Assembly (NCBI GenBank): GCA_950097015.1
Contig: CATNEN010000024.1
Location: 1,736,001-1,800,000 of the forward strand
Length of the DNA: 64,000 nucleotides
Origin: Macrostomum hystrix
Taxonomy: Eukaryota; Animalia; Platyhelminthes
Direction: 5' to 3'
In this document: positions 1 to 12,359 of the stretch, piece by piece
How the letters are laid out: each line of letters opens with the position of its first letter
Position numbering within the stretch: the first letter of the stretch is position 1
Notes under the pieces: model-generated
What the model was told of the DNA's origin: nothing
The model's input: only the letters and a program-made list of their open reading frames with translations
The model's database searches: none
Position numbers and translations under genes: made by a program

Positions 1-780
1 CTTCGGAGAATTTCCGGAAGGAATTTTTCTCATGAATATGTTACAAATCTAAAATTGTCTTAGGCTACAACCAAATTCCGAAGACTGAAAACCTTTTTTG
101 ATCCGCTTAGTGTACTGAGCAGCTAGAGTCCATTTGTGCTATACATTCTCCAGTCATGCCATCAAGCTGATCGACAACTACGAGTTTAAACTATGTAAAG
201 CACCGATTTATATCCTGACGTGTCAGGTTACTGGGTGGAGGTGGAGGTTACTTATGTTACTTGTATGGCTCCTCTCTTACTTGCTAATATTCCACCGATG
301 CTACCAAGTTGTCGCAGGGTTCCTTTTTATATCTTAAATTTTTAGCAATCTTAACTAGTATAACACTTTATAATATTATATTAGAGTATATCTACTTAAC
401 TCTATATGAGAGCGGCAAAGACACTACTCTATACTTATTAATATGAATAACTCGTATGTATATTAGTTGCACTGATTATATTATTGACACACAGTCTTAC
501 TAAGTTCAGTCCCAATAAAGGGCTACCAGTGGATCGGGGGTGTCCAATCTTACACACACTCACTCTCTTATTCGGAATTACTCCTTATTTCATCTATTTC
601 ACTTTGCAAATCTGCAATATTTGAATCCCTTCTGGCCTTTCTGTCTAATTTCGATCCAACCTGGATATCTCAGTTCAGTACGAATTCTCGCTTATGGCAT
701 ACAAATTCCAGCTTGTAGACTAGCTTTAGATAAAAAAATGTATAAGAAAAACTTTATTTGCTTAAACAGCTTGCTTTCAC

Positions 781-1268
781 GAATAATTAATAATATAATT
801 GATTCCACCTGCCCCAATTGGGTCAGATGTGCAGCCGACAGCACAGCCGCAGCTAATGCGCGGCGCATCTGAAGACTGCGTACAGCTGTTCAGTCCACGG
901 ACTGCCACTGGGGGGACGCCACACCCACCTTCAATTACCCCAGCTGATGCTGGTACCCCATTTAACAGCTGGGTGAACTGAATCAATGCGCGCTGGCAGA
1001 CCGAGACCGGTTTCTGGCTTGTTTGCCTTCGTCAGTCAGCCATAGCCACACGCAGTCCTCGCCCACCACTCTTAGTGTGCACAGAAGTCTGTTTTAAGCT
1101 TGCCATTTTTATGGCGATACTTTTTAGTGTTATGTGAGAGTTTTGCAGCCAAGTCTTTGCTTTTCTACTGTTGTCAGTAGTCTGAATTGTATCTCTCACA
1201 TCGGGAATCGAACCCCCGACCTTCAAGTCGTGAGTCCGACGCCCTAACCACTAGGCTACAACCTCTGC
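781..1268 (-). mobile_element. tRNA-derived SINE, family 1 (copy with ~215 bp extra internal sequence)
   Basis: The minus strand has an A box (TAGCCTAGTGG) and B box (GGTTCGATTCCC) at 1201-1260. Its body (795-985; CACCCAGCTGTTAA..GGGTACC, CAGTCC..GGACTGAACAGC, CAGATGCGCC..TAGCTGCGGCTGTGCTGTCG) matches the copy at 22368-22645. It ends in an AT/ATT-rich tail. Confidence 0.8.
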
Positions 1269-1762
1269 TCGAACTTGCGGGAGAGACGCCAGTTGGGGTT
1301 CTTCCCGTCTAAAACCGCTTGTATATATATTGAGTTTCTTTGGGGTTGCGGACATGGTTATAACAAAAAGCGTAAAATACAATTCAATATCATGTACCCT
1401 ATACTAGCTGTAGTTAGTATTTTTGCAAATATACAGCTTTTTCCTTCTTTTGAGAACACATACTTTCGCGAAAGTGCAATTCTATTTATATGCATAAAGC
1501 CGTTAGTACAGTGTGCATATTATGAATGAATAAATACGTTCAGGAAATGCTCAAATCAGGTTAATATTCTCTCACGTTACTATGAGTGTATTTTTATTTA
1601 CTTCGATTTTTAATTTACTCGAAGAACAAATATGTAAGAACAACTTTGTAAAGCATAGGACATTGTGTTTACTTTTGCAAAAATACACAATGATTTTGAT
1701 GCTAATTTATCTCGCTAAATCGAAATCATTTAGCTAATTAAACTGTATATTAACTTCGTTCT

Positions 1763-2064
1763 AACAACAACAACAACAAAGAACTGCTCCCGCCAGCCAC
1801 GCAGTGGCCAGAGAGGGGGAGAGCAGTCAGAGAGCGCGTTTCTGGGCCAACGATCCCAAAAAGTCACATCCGCTAGCTTGGTCCGGGGCGCCAGCATCAC
1901 TCAGAAGCCGTTCAGGAAATCTCGCCGTTCGCCCTTGGCCTCGCCTGCGCGGTCCCTGCAGCTTGAGCAGCAGCACGTCGTGTAGTGGCTCAGGGCAGCG
2001 GGCCTCCGACCGGATGACGTGGCCAGCCAGTCGAAGTCGCCGCCCGCGCAGCAGGTCAGAAGGC
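1763..2064 (-). mobile_element. 5'-truncated RTE-like non-LTR retrotransposon 3' end
   Basis: The minus frame reads SDLLRGRRLRLAGHVIRSEARCPEPLHDVLLLKLQGPRRRGQGRTARFPERLLSDAG, resembling the RRLRxAGHVxR...GxRxRGR C-terminus of RTE-type ORFs. It has a (TTG)n tail at 1763-1780 and a candidate 9-bp TSD CTTC(G/A)TTCT at 1754-1762 and 2065-2073. Confidence 0.7.
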
Positions 2065-4337
2065 CTTCATTCTGTAACATTAACAACGCGGTTTGCAATT
2101 AGACATTCAGAATGCAAAACACTTTTCATTGTTTTCCTTAACGACAACTCTTTAAGAGCTTCATATAACCCAATGATAAAAATAACTTCAGTAATTTGTT
2201 AAATTTTATATGTTCTCTTCGCAAACGCTAGCCTCATTTTTTAACGATTGGCACTCTTATTGCAGGTACAAAAAACTGTGGTGCCATGTTTTTGTGTTCG
2301 AAAATCTTGATAAATTACTTTATAGGCTGCAGGCTGTGCAAGTTATGCTTCAACACAAAATTATATGTGTGAATTGTATTTAGAAAGACATTGCGACTTT
2401 TTTCTGAGTTTCAAAACATCAAACATCACCGCCACTTGTAATTTTCAAAATAATATTAGTTAATGTATGAAATTTTTAGTTTTTCCACATGCATTTACGT
2501 TTACAAATTTCGTTTCAAAATGAAGCGAAATCTTTGTCCGTCTTCTGACGTCGATTTTTGGCCTCAGTTCGATTCTGCAGATTCGCAATCAGCTGACCAG
2601 TGGAGCTTCCAACTCTGTTGCCATAGTTACCGGCCTCTGTGCTGGGCAGAGCTCCGGCCGTTTCACTGGTTCCACTTACTGTCTCGTTGTCGGATCGATT
2701 TCCAACAGATTCCAACTTTTTCTCCATCTTTGGCTGACCCTGTGGAATTAGAATAAGTGGAAATTGAAAATTAGACATGAAAGAACAAAATAAGAAAATA
2801 TTATTTTTGATTGATTCTTTGTCACAAACTTGCTGTTTACAGCACTGTAAATGATCTTACGCGCTGGTCGAAATTAGCCAGAAATCCCCAACGCTCATCT
2901 CTGCAAAGTGAAGTGGTGTTGAGGGTCGATCAGTAATTAGAAAACTTTTGTGCCCACTAAAAGTACAAAACGCCAGCAGCTCATCGGCATGCGGATGTGG
3001 CGGATTAGCTGATATTGTGGCCGAACTTGCCTCTGCCGGTCCATCCTGGCCTCCCGAACCAGATTCTGGCGCCAGATTTCAGTCGCGCATCGCCGGATCA
3101 GTTGCCATGGAAACAGACCAGGTTTCGTTTTAAGAATGCACTTTATATTCTGCAGGCGGAATAGTTGCTTCTAAAATTATTTTTTGTGCAGCCAGCAAAG
3201 ACTGTTCTCAGACAAGTCAGACAGACAGATGTCTGCATGGGGTGGTAGAGGAAAAGCAGACGTCTGAACATGGAGCATTTATAGAGCATGTAGCCAGCCA
3301 ATCAGCGCTGCCTTTGTGGAATAAGCGGACACATTCCAAACATTCGCCCATGGCTGTCTCCAATGCTGCCTCACCAATCCCATAATTTGCTCGCGGATTC
3401 CAAGCAAACGTATCCCAAGTCGAGATCCCCATAACGGGGCGAAATTAAGAGGTACTCATCCCAACTAAAACTCCCACTTTAACCCAACCAGCAACCTCAG
3501 CGGAACAACAGCTGAGCTGCTGGCAATGCCGCAGCGGTCCATTGTTCTCGAACAGTATATGAAACCAAACGTTAGAGATGTGGGCTAGCTCCCCATGGAG
3601 ACTAAAATATAGAATGGATTGAAGCTGCCTTTATCCCAATCCACTCAGTCCAACGGTTTCTACTATTAATTTAAAAAAAGAGAGAGAAAAAACATTCTTC
3701 CAATACCATTGTTCCAGAAACCCATCTTTGGCACGGACTAAATTTCTGGAAAATTCTCACTGCCTCAGGAAATAATTTTTATTGGCTAGGGAGTTTTCAG
3801 TTATTGATATTTAAATTAAGATGACCTTGTGGAAAACCCCTTACTTTCCATCACCAAGGAAAGCACGTGACTGAATTCAGCCAATGAAATTTTAGATAAG
3901 TCCATCTCGTATTGAATTTCATTTGTTAGTCTTGACATGGCTGTCCCGATTTCTGTCTAATCATACCACACAGTCCTGAATATCATAAATGTAATAATGC
4001 TAATATTTTTTATCGGCACGTCCTCCTTGTCGTTAGAAATATTTCTTGTTGATAAAAAACGAAAATGGTGATAAGCTTTTTCGAAGGCTTACAAAAATAT
4101 TTTTTCTTACTGTAACCATGACTTCAATTTAGCTTGCAACAGCTATCGTGCGCTGATCGTACATACGAGTACATACAGCTTTGGTCTTATCGCTAGTTAG
4201 ACCAGAAGTGTTAGGCCACCAAACACGAGAAAAATGTTTTAAAGACTCACTTACTGGCCTATTAGACTGCCGAGTACACTGGCTTGTTGACTAGCAAATT
4301 ATGAGTGCGATAGTGCACTCTTTGAAAGAGTTCTCTA

Positions 4338-7300
4338 ATGTTTCTAGGCATTGCTTCTCTAACGGCACTGCTGGTGCTGGCAAGTCGGGGCATTGCTCAG
4401 CCGGGCATCGAGCTGACACCCGAAGGTCGCTACATCGGGATTCGAGTCTCCATTGGCGAGGAAATTCGTGTCGATTGGAATCTGCTAGACAAGCTCAAGG
4501 TGCGGAATGGATTTGTCAAACGTTCAAAAAGTTACAATGCCAAATATTTCTTAGCTGTCTAGTGTGTTGGGTGTCTAGGATGATAGGTAACTTCGGTGCT
4601 AATTTCCTAAAGTGTTAAGGTATCTTGTGTTTTAAGTGTCTAAGAAGTCTCAGTTGTTTATAGGTGTATAAGGAGTCTCAGTGCTAGGCTAGGTGTCTAT
4701 GCAAAATCATTCAAATTGCACGAAATAGTTCTGAAGTGGGAGAAGTTGCTGACTAATTCCGAGTTTGAACAGGCAGCATTCCAGAAGGCGTCCGAGCACA
4801 TGGCGACAGCCACAAAGCCAGTGATAAATGGCACAAAGTCCTACGCCTTCGGCTCCGTGCAGTTCCTGCTTCCGGCTCATTGGAACGACTCTAGCAACAA
4901 ATCCATCAGTTATGACAGCTATGACGTAGCTGAAGACGAGGCGCACTTCCGGCTGACGAATAGATCCAGTGAGATCAAAGAGCCTTGGACAGTGCAGCCA
5001 TTGGGTTGCGGACAACCGGGACTGTATACTCTGCTGCCGTTGGATTTCATGAAAAGTCATGAACCCGACAGCCGTAAGCCTCCGACTGTACGCGTTCTTT
5101 GTAATGCAATTTATGAGCAAGCTTTAGCGTTACGTTAAAAAGGATAGCTTCTATTTAATGTAGAAACTTAAAAAATCAGTTTCATTTTCATGCTAGTAAA
5201 ATTTAGCGTCTGAATTGACGAGAAGTTTTGTAAAATGTGGCGGCTTTGATGACGTCAAGTTGCGTAGTTAATGTAGTTGTAGATAAAGTTGACGACGTGA
5301 ATGTATCGTCTTTGACGACATAACGTTGTGTCTAATGTAGCGTCTTTGACGACGTGAATGTAGCGTCTTTGACGACATGAATGTAGCGTCTTTGACGACG
5401 TGAATGTAGCGTCTTTGACGACATGAATGTAGCGTCTTTGACGACGTGAATGTAGCGTCTTTTACGACATGAATGTAGCGTCTTTGACGACGTGAATGTA
5501 GCGTCTTTGACGACATGAATGTAGCGTCTTTGACGACGTGAATGTAGCGTCTTTTACGACATGAATGTAGCGTCTTTGACGACGTAAATGTAGCGTCTTT
5601 GACGACATAACGTTGTGTCTAATGTAGCGACTTTTACGACATGAATGTAGCGTCTTTGACGACGTGAATGTAGCGTCTTTGACGACGTGAATGTAGCGTC
5701 TTTGCCGACGTGAATGTAGCGTCTTTGACGACATGAATGTAGCGTCTTTGACGACATGAATGTAGCGTCTTTGAAGATTTAACGTTGTGTCTAATGTAGC
5801 GACTTTGACGATGACACGTTATGTCTAATGTAGCGTCTTTGACGACGTCACGTTGTGTCTAATGTAGCGTCCTTGACGACGTGAAGTTGTGTCTAATGTA
5901 GCATCCTTGACGACGTCACGTTGTGTCTAATGTAGCGTCCTTGACGACGGGAAGTTGTGTCTAATGTAGCATCTTTGACGACGTCAAGTCAAGTAGCGTA
6001 GTTAATGTAGTTGAAATTAAAGTTTGCGACGTTAACGTAGCGTTTTGACGACGTCAAGTTGTGTCGCCTTAGCGTCTTATGTAAAAACGAGCGGAAACTA
6101 TCCTACGAGGAAAAAATGATAACTTGCGTATCTATGCACTCGGATCGGTATGTTTCTGTAGAGAGAGAGTGTGTGTGCATGTGTGCGTGCTGTCATGAAC
6201 TGAACTGCATTGTTTCATGCTTCATGCTTCTATTTACTATTGTTTCATACTCACCAGAGGTTCTTAGCTCGTTCTGTTGTACTTTCTTTCAGTTGGCCGA
6301 GTGCTGCTACACGAGTTCAGCCGACTGCGCTGGGGCGCCTTCAACGAGTACAACGGCGAGGAGGGGCCGCACAGCTACATGTTTGGCAAAATTGCTTTGC
6401 CTGTGCAGTGCACGAACAGGCTCAGAGGCATCTTTGCTCACAATGAGACCTACAAACCATGCAGATTCTTGCCCGAGATCAACAGTTTGGAGCCGCACTG
6501 TCGCTACTACCTTAATCCGGACCAGGCCAACTCAGACGCTTCTATCATGTACACTACTCAGTTTAGCTCCATTCCGCACTTCTGCGCCCGTGTCGCCGAC
6601 TCGAGGCTGGCGCACAACCTGAATGCGCCGAATCCGCACACGAGACGCTGCCCAGCTGGAGCCAGCGTGCGCGACGTCCTGGCGCAACATGAGGACTTCC
6701 GCCACGGCCCTGAGGTCAAGGATCCGGACACAAAGATTAACTTCACGGAAGTGACGCCGAATGTAGCGACGAGGCGACTGGTTGTGGTCATGGACGTCTC
6801 CAGAAGCATGCTGGTAAATTGTTTTTGTGCATCAAGTAGCGCCTCTAGGGAATTGATGAGTGACTATAGATACGATGACAGCAGAATTCAATTATCATGC
6901 AACCAGTCATGCGCTTATCTCAGGGCCAGCCGATGGCAAAGATGAAGCAATCGATGCAGAATCTGCTTCAACAACTCCCAGACAACATTGAGTGCGCCCT
7001 CGTGTCCTACTCCACTGGCGTGCAAATCCTGGCGCCACTGACGCTGATGAACAGCTCGGAGGCCCGGATCAGCCACTGGGGACTGGTGCGCAACCTCACT
7101 GCAGCCGGGGTCACCGCGACCGGGGATGCAATGGCGGCTGCACTGGAGGTACTTGCTCACTAAGTACAACAGAGTGGATTGGAGATCTGGTGACTGGAAT
7201 AGAAACTGGAATAAAATAGCGATTGGGAATTGTCCACTTCAAAGCAAAACGATAGGGTATGACGACTTCTGAACATTACAGTCAAGTATCAAGGACTTAT

Positions 7301-10300
7301 AAATATAGTATTCAGGTAACGCAGACTTCTAAACATAGCAGTCCAGTTATCACGGACTCCTAGAGGTAGCGTCCAAGCAAGAGAAATGTTTGGCAACGTA
7401 ATAATCCACCTTCGTGTCCGCACGGCAATTCGCAGCTGCTCGGCTGCAACCTGAGCCGACCATCCGGCTCTCTGACTGGTCACCTGCTGCTAATCACAGA
7501 CGGCGAGGAAAATCACCAGCTGCGCTACAGTCTGGACGACATTGTGCGAATCGCGGAGCAGACCTCGATAACTGTTGACACTGTGGCTTTCGGTCGCGAA
7601 GCGGACAGCCGACTAGCCCGATTGTCTGCGGTGACTGGGGGCGCGGCACACTTTGCCAGCCATCAGGGTCCCGGCGAACGACATGGCGGAGAGCCTGGCT
7701 CAGATGGCTGGCCGGCTGGCCGGAAGCAGGCGAGCTGCTGTCAGCGTGAGTCCATTAGGCTCGCTTCTATGGGAATTTCATTCTCAAATTGAAATTGAAC
7801 CTTTATTTAAATATGACTGATAGTCCACTTTCGTTAGTCTGAGCCTCAACCAAAGGCGAGATTTAGATCTTCTTCTGCTTTGTCTTTGTCTTCTCCCACT
7901 CTCCCCTGTTCCTCTCCCACTCTCCCCTGTTCCTCTCCCACTCTCCCCTGTTCCTCTCCCACTCTCTCCTGTTCCTCTCCCACTCTCCCCTGTTCCTCTC
8001 CCACTCTCCCCTGTTCCTCTCCCACTCTCCCCTGTTCCTCTCCCACTCTCCCCTGTTCTTCTCCCAATCAACCATCTTCTTGCACTCCCCCAATCCAGGA
8101 GCTCGTATTTTTCCGCTAAAAACTTACTAACTACAGAAAATCATGCAATGCTACTAATAGTATCTGAATGACAATCCTCAACTGCGCAGCTGATTTCAAC
8201 CCAGCTGTCCAACGATTCGCCGGCTTCAATCATGTTCAACATTGACGCTTCGCTAAGCGGATCGAGCGGTCTGCAGGCGTTTGTGGCTGGCGCGGCTCGG
8301 CCAGTGGAAGTTCGACTTCGTCTGGCTCCGGCCAACAATCGGAGCTTCAGCGCAGCTTCCGAGGACTTTCAGAGCGACGTTCAGCTGGGCAGTGGGCTGC
8401 TCAAGTTTAAGGGAAAAATTCGGGTAATTTTATAGTACATTTTAGTAGCACGCGCCCGCTGCGAATATCTATGGCAAAAAAAATTTTATCCAATGCAAAT
8501 GCGTTCTTTTTACAAGCAGGTTTAAAACACACACTTTGTATGCAACCTGATCCCATTTATTTACACGCGCTGATTACAGTAATAAATTTGCCACAGTAGC
8601 TTACCGCTGTAGCAGTAGTTTATGAATCACAATGAAATTTCTCTAGTGTTTTTCATGATAGCATTTTTGCTACCACCGGGTAACGATTACATCTTTGCAC
8701 CACGATACGGTTGCGCAGAATTTTCATAACCTGCAGCTAGGCATCAGGTTTAATACCGAAGTTATGGGCTGAATTAATGGAAGAGAGCTTTATAGCTCAT
8801 AATCCATGCACATTTTTTTACCTTTCTATAGCTTATTATGCTACATTGTAAAAGTAGTTATTTATTTAGCTGGAAAGCGGACGCTGACTATAGACATTTT
8901 ATAGACCGTCTGCTATAGCTGTTCGTCTCTAGATGTTGCGCATAAACTTTAGATGTATTGCAATGGCTGACTGTACTTGGTTTTAAAAGTTACTCTAATA
9001 TATCATACTTATGCTTGTTTGTAGCAAAATTTACGCGTATAATTTCAGCCAGGCAAGTGGCAGCTGCACATATCAGTATCTACAGCCATCCAATCAGAAG
9101 CTGCTACGTCACAGCAGGCTTATCATTCAATTCTTATTTCTGCCCTGCCGGCTGCATCCGATTGGCCACCGATTATGTTGCGCGGCTTTCTCAGCCAATC
9201 AGAGGCCAGGCTGGACTCCGCCTGTCGGGCGTCAGTGCACGCGTACTTGTTTCGCAGCGCGGCTGGAGAATTCGTACGACCAGCCGAGCTGTGGGCAACT
9301 GTGGAGTCCGATGACGGACCATTGGCTAGCTTTCAGCTATTTGATCATGGCGCAGGTAAGAGTGTTGAGTCTTCATCTGAGGTCTTCCAGTACCAATATA
9401 GCTCTTCCACTACCAATATAGCTCTTCCAGTACCAATATGGCTCTTCCAGTACTAATATGGCTCTTCCAGTACCAATGTGGCTCTTCCAGTACCAATGTG
9501 GCTCTTCCAGTACCAATATGTCTCTTCCAGTACCAATTTGGCTCTTCCAGTGTGTCCCTATAGGAAGTAATTCATCTGTTAGACTATCCGAAGGTCTAAC
9601 CGCACTCGGATCAGCCACCCCACCCGCGCCACCCACCCCACCCGCACAGGCGCAGACATGTGGCCGTCGGACGGTATCTATTCGGCCTACCTGCCGCTGC
9701 ACCGGATGTCCGGCCGGCCTCAGGAATTCTCTATCCGCCTGCGCTGCCAAAATCCTGTTCAGCGAACTGGCACCGCTGGCAAATTCGTCGTCACTGGAGT
9801 CGACCACCACAGCCTGGAAAGAATGCCGCCAGCTCGGGTCACCGATTTCGCCGGCACTGTCAACACTACAGACGGCTCTTTGAGGATGCGTTGGACCGCT
9901 GTCGGAGACAAACTTGATACCGGAGCTGGTGAGCTCTTGACCCTCTTGAAGGAGCGATTCACCTGCTGGACACATAACATGCTTCTTCTGATAAGTCAAT
10001 TTACCTTATTAATCACCTTATTAACCTTATTATCAAACACCTTACAAATCATCATTTAAATCACCTAATCAACTTATGTAATCAATAACCTTTTCAGTAG
10101 CTTTATTAATAATCGAATAATTCTCAGTACTAGTTTCTCAATCACCTAATGAATCACTTTATTAGGCATCTACTGAATCCATCGCCAATCGCCATTTCAG
10201 CAAGTCGATACTTGGTGAAGGCGTCTTTGGACCGACGCGTCCTGGAGACAGACTTCGATTCTGCCGTTGACATAGCAGCTGCAGCCAAGCTAGCCCCAGT

Positions 10301-11156
10301 GCCCGCAGGCCTGCCGCTGACTCTGTACATTGTGGTAGCTGAGCATCTGCCAAGTTATCTTGAGTCCACATTCTACCTGGCGGTGAGGGCGCAAAATGAG
10401 GCTGGGTGGCTTGGCGAACTGTCCAACTTGGTGTCCACACAGCTGGTTCCACCGGAAAACCTGGAAGAGATTGCAGGCCTGTGGACTAGCCCAAAGTCTA
10501 CTCAATCCAGTACCGAATCTACTCAATCCAGTACCGAATCTACTCAATCCAGTACCGAATCTACTCAATCCAGTACCGAATCTACTCAAACCAGTACCGA
10601 ATCTACTCAATCCAGTACTGAATCTACTCAATCCAGTACCGAATCTACTCAATCCAGTACCGAATCTACTCAAACCAGTACCGAATCTACTCAATCCAGT
10701 ACCGAATCTACTCAGCACAGTACTGAATCTACTCAATCCAGTACCGAATCTACTCAAACCAGTACCGAATCTACTCAATCCAGTACCGAATCTACTCAGC
10801 ACAGTACTGAATCTACTCAATCCAGTACTGAATCTACTCAATCCAGTACCGAATCTACTCAATCCAGTACCGAATCTACTCAATCCAGTACCGAATCTAC
10901 TCAATCCAGTACCGAATCTACTCAATCCAGTACCGAATCTACTCAGCACAGTACTGAATCTACTCAATCCAGTACTGAATCTACTCAATCCAGTACCGAA
11001 TCTACTCATTGGGGCATGCGGCTCTTCCCAACTGTTTTTCTGGCGATCTCGGCAGCAGCAACAGCGACGGCGTTTTCCGGGGCTCTGATGCTGTGGACTC
11101 ATTTTAAATTTACTAAGGTGTTTCAGCACCGCAGTAAAAAGATTTTTCCCGTTTGA
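4338..11156 (+). CDS. CLCA: CLCA-family (calcium-activated chloride channel regulator-like) protein, ~1100 aa: signal peptide, degenerate metalloprotease domain, VWA, FnIII-like, mucin stalk, TM; contains a +1 frameshift in exon 5
   Basis: Exons: 4338-4499, 4773-5073, 6293-6813, 6924-7148, 7436-7745, 8190-8423, 9049-9355, 9650-9928, 10201-11156, all GT-AG. Phases are consistent except exon 5 (310 nt). Motifs matching the CLCA architecture: EPWTVQPLGCGQPG, HEFSRLRWGAFNEY, VVVMDVSRSM (MIDAS), LLITDGEEN, FDHGAGADMWPSDGIYSAY, PPARVTDF...WTAVGD, LGELSNLVS. Confidence 0.9.
5280..6060. repeat. 23-bp minisatellite (TGAATGTAGCGTCTTTGACGACR) with longer variant units, CLCA intron 2
   Basis: Period 23 visible (5401, 5424, 5447); interspersed ACGTTGTGTCTAATGTAGC variants. 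Confidence 0.95.
7891..8062. repeat. 21-bp pyrimidine-rich minisatellite, CLCA intron 5
   Basis: Tandem CCCACTCTCCCCTGTTCCTCT. Confidence 0.95.
9385..9552. repeat. 20-bp minisatellite, CLCA intron 7
   Basis: Tandem GCTCTTCCAGTACCAATATG. Confidence 0.95.
10497..11008 (+). repeat. Coding 21-bp VNTR encoding (STQSSTE)n mucin-like stalk of CLCA
   Basis: About 24 units of TCTACTCAATCCAGTACCGAA, in frame within the last exon and upstream of a hydrophobic TM segment. Confidence 0.9.
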
Positions 11157-11424
11157 CCTGAGCTAGAGGTTCATTGGAACGAGCGTATTAGTAAGACAGC
11201 ACAGCCATAAACTGTCAGTATCCGTGTTTTTTCGACTTTACTAACTATTTTTTCAGTAACCAGATTCTCTTTTGTAAATAAGAAAGAAAGCCATTAAAAT
11301 CAAGGATTACATTTTCTTAATTTTCCTATTTATTTGCTCATTCGAACTCTCAACTACAAGGGTAATCAGGCCAATCGAGTTTGCTAGAGGCACGGTATTC
11401 TGTGGACATGGCTAAGGTAGTGGG

Positions 11425-11665
11425 GTGGCTAGAGGATCGGGGTGGTTAGAAAAGTGGTGTGGTTGGAGGAGTGGGGTTGTTGCAGGAGTGGGGTGGTCGC
11501 AGGAGTGGGGTGGTTGTAGGAGTGGGGTGGTCGCAGGAGTGGCGTGGTTGCAGGAGTGGGGTAGTCGCAGGAGTGGGGTGGTTGCAGGAGTTGGGTGGTT
11601 GCAGGAGTTGGGTGGTAATTGCAGGAGTGGGGTGGCCGGAGGATCCGGGTGGTTGCAAGAGGGAG
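11425..11665. repeat. G-rich degenerate minisatellite
   Basis: Tandem CAGGAGTGGGGTGGTTG-like units. Confidence 0.85.
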
Positions 11666-12359
11666 TATTAAGGATTTTCCGTGAATTGAAGTGGCTGATA
11701 GAGTGAAGGTTTTACCAACTCGAAGAGAAAAGTGCATTCGAAATAATTTTTTTCCACAAAAAGTGTCAGCAGAGGAATTTGACGTAGAAACGTTAGAAGC
11801 CGGCGGATGTGGCATAATATTACACCGAGCAGGCTAATCATGGGCCCTGCAGGGCCCCCTCACTCACATCACTGTCTTCATCGACAGTGAGAAGAGGGGA
11901 AAAGTTTAGGCCGCAGGAAAAAATTGATTGAAGCGAGGCGGAGGCGCGTGACTAGAATGCTGGGGTAGGTAAGGAGCCAGTCGGCAGTAGTCCGGCCGAT
12001 CATTGATTGTCGGCGCTCGCGTGAGCCGACGTTTGGATGTGAGGGCTGGGGTGGTTGCGGAAACTGTTATCGCGCTGCATTATTAACTAACACACAGACG
12101 GGCTGCTGTCTGCTCGGCGCGGCCGACAGTTGCATCAGGTCGGCAACCATCGGACTGGTTGGTCCGGCGTTCCGCAAGAAAATAGTTTTGATTAAATTAG
12201 CAGTCACCCTGCCAACACGGTAAAAAATAATTGAGGGGTCAAAATCCAGTAGGGATAAAGTTGGGATGGGAGTGTTAAGCGCCTGTGATATATTTGACGA
12301 GCAACACCTCACTTGACTTAACTTAAAGGGTTGTAGCGAGTGTATTCTGGTAGCAGTGA

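Noticed and set aside
1201-1268. SINE heads as functional tRNA genes (also 22368, 45040-45110)
   Set aside because: No closing acceptor stem, and they continue into shared SINE bodies.
2500-3430. GC-rich patches with splice-like sites and short ORFs on both strands
   Set aside because: No recognisable domain and no unique phase-consistent model; may be an unknown gene but is unsupported.
10162-11129. Antisense and alternative-frame ORFs over the CLCA last exon
   Set aside because: By-products of the stop-poor coding VNTR.
12067-12312. ORF ending LVNNAAR (SDR-like motif)
   Set aside because: Single short motif at the ORF end with no other SDR features.
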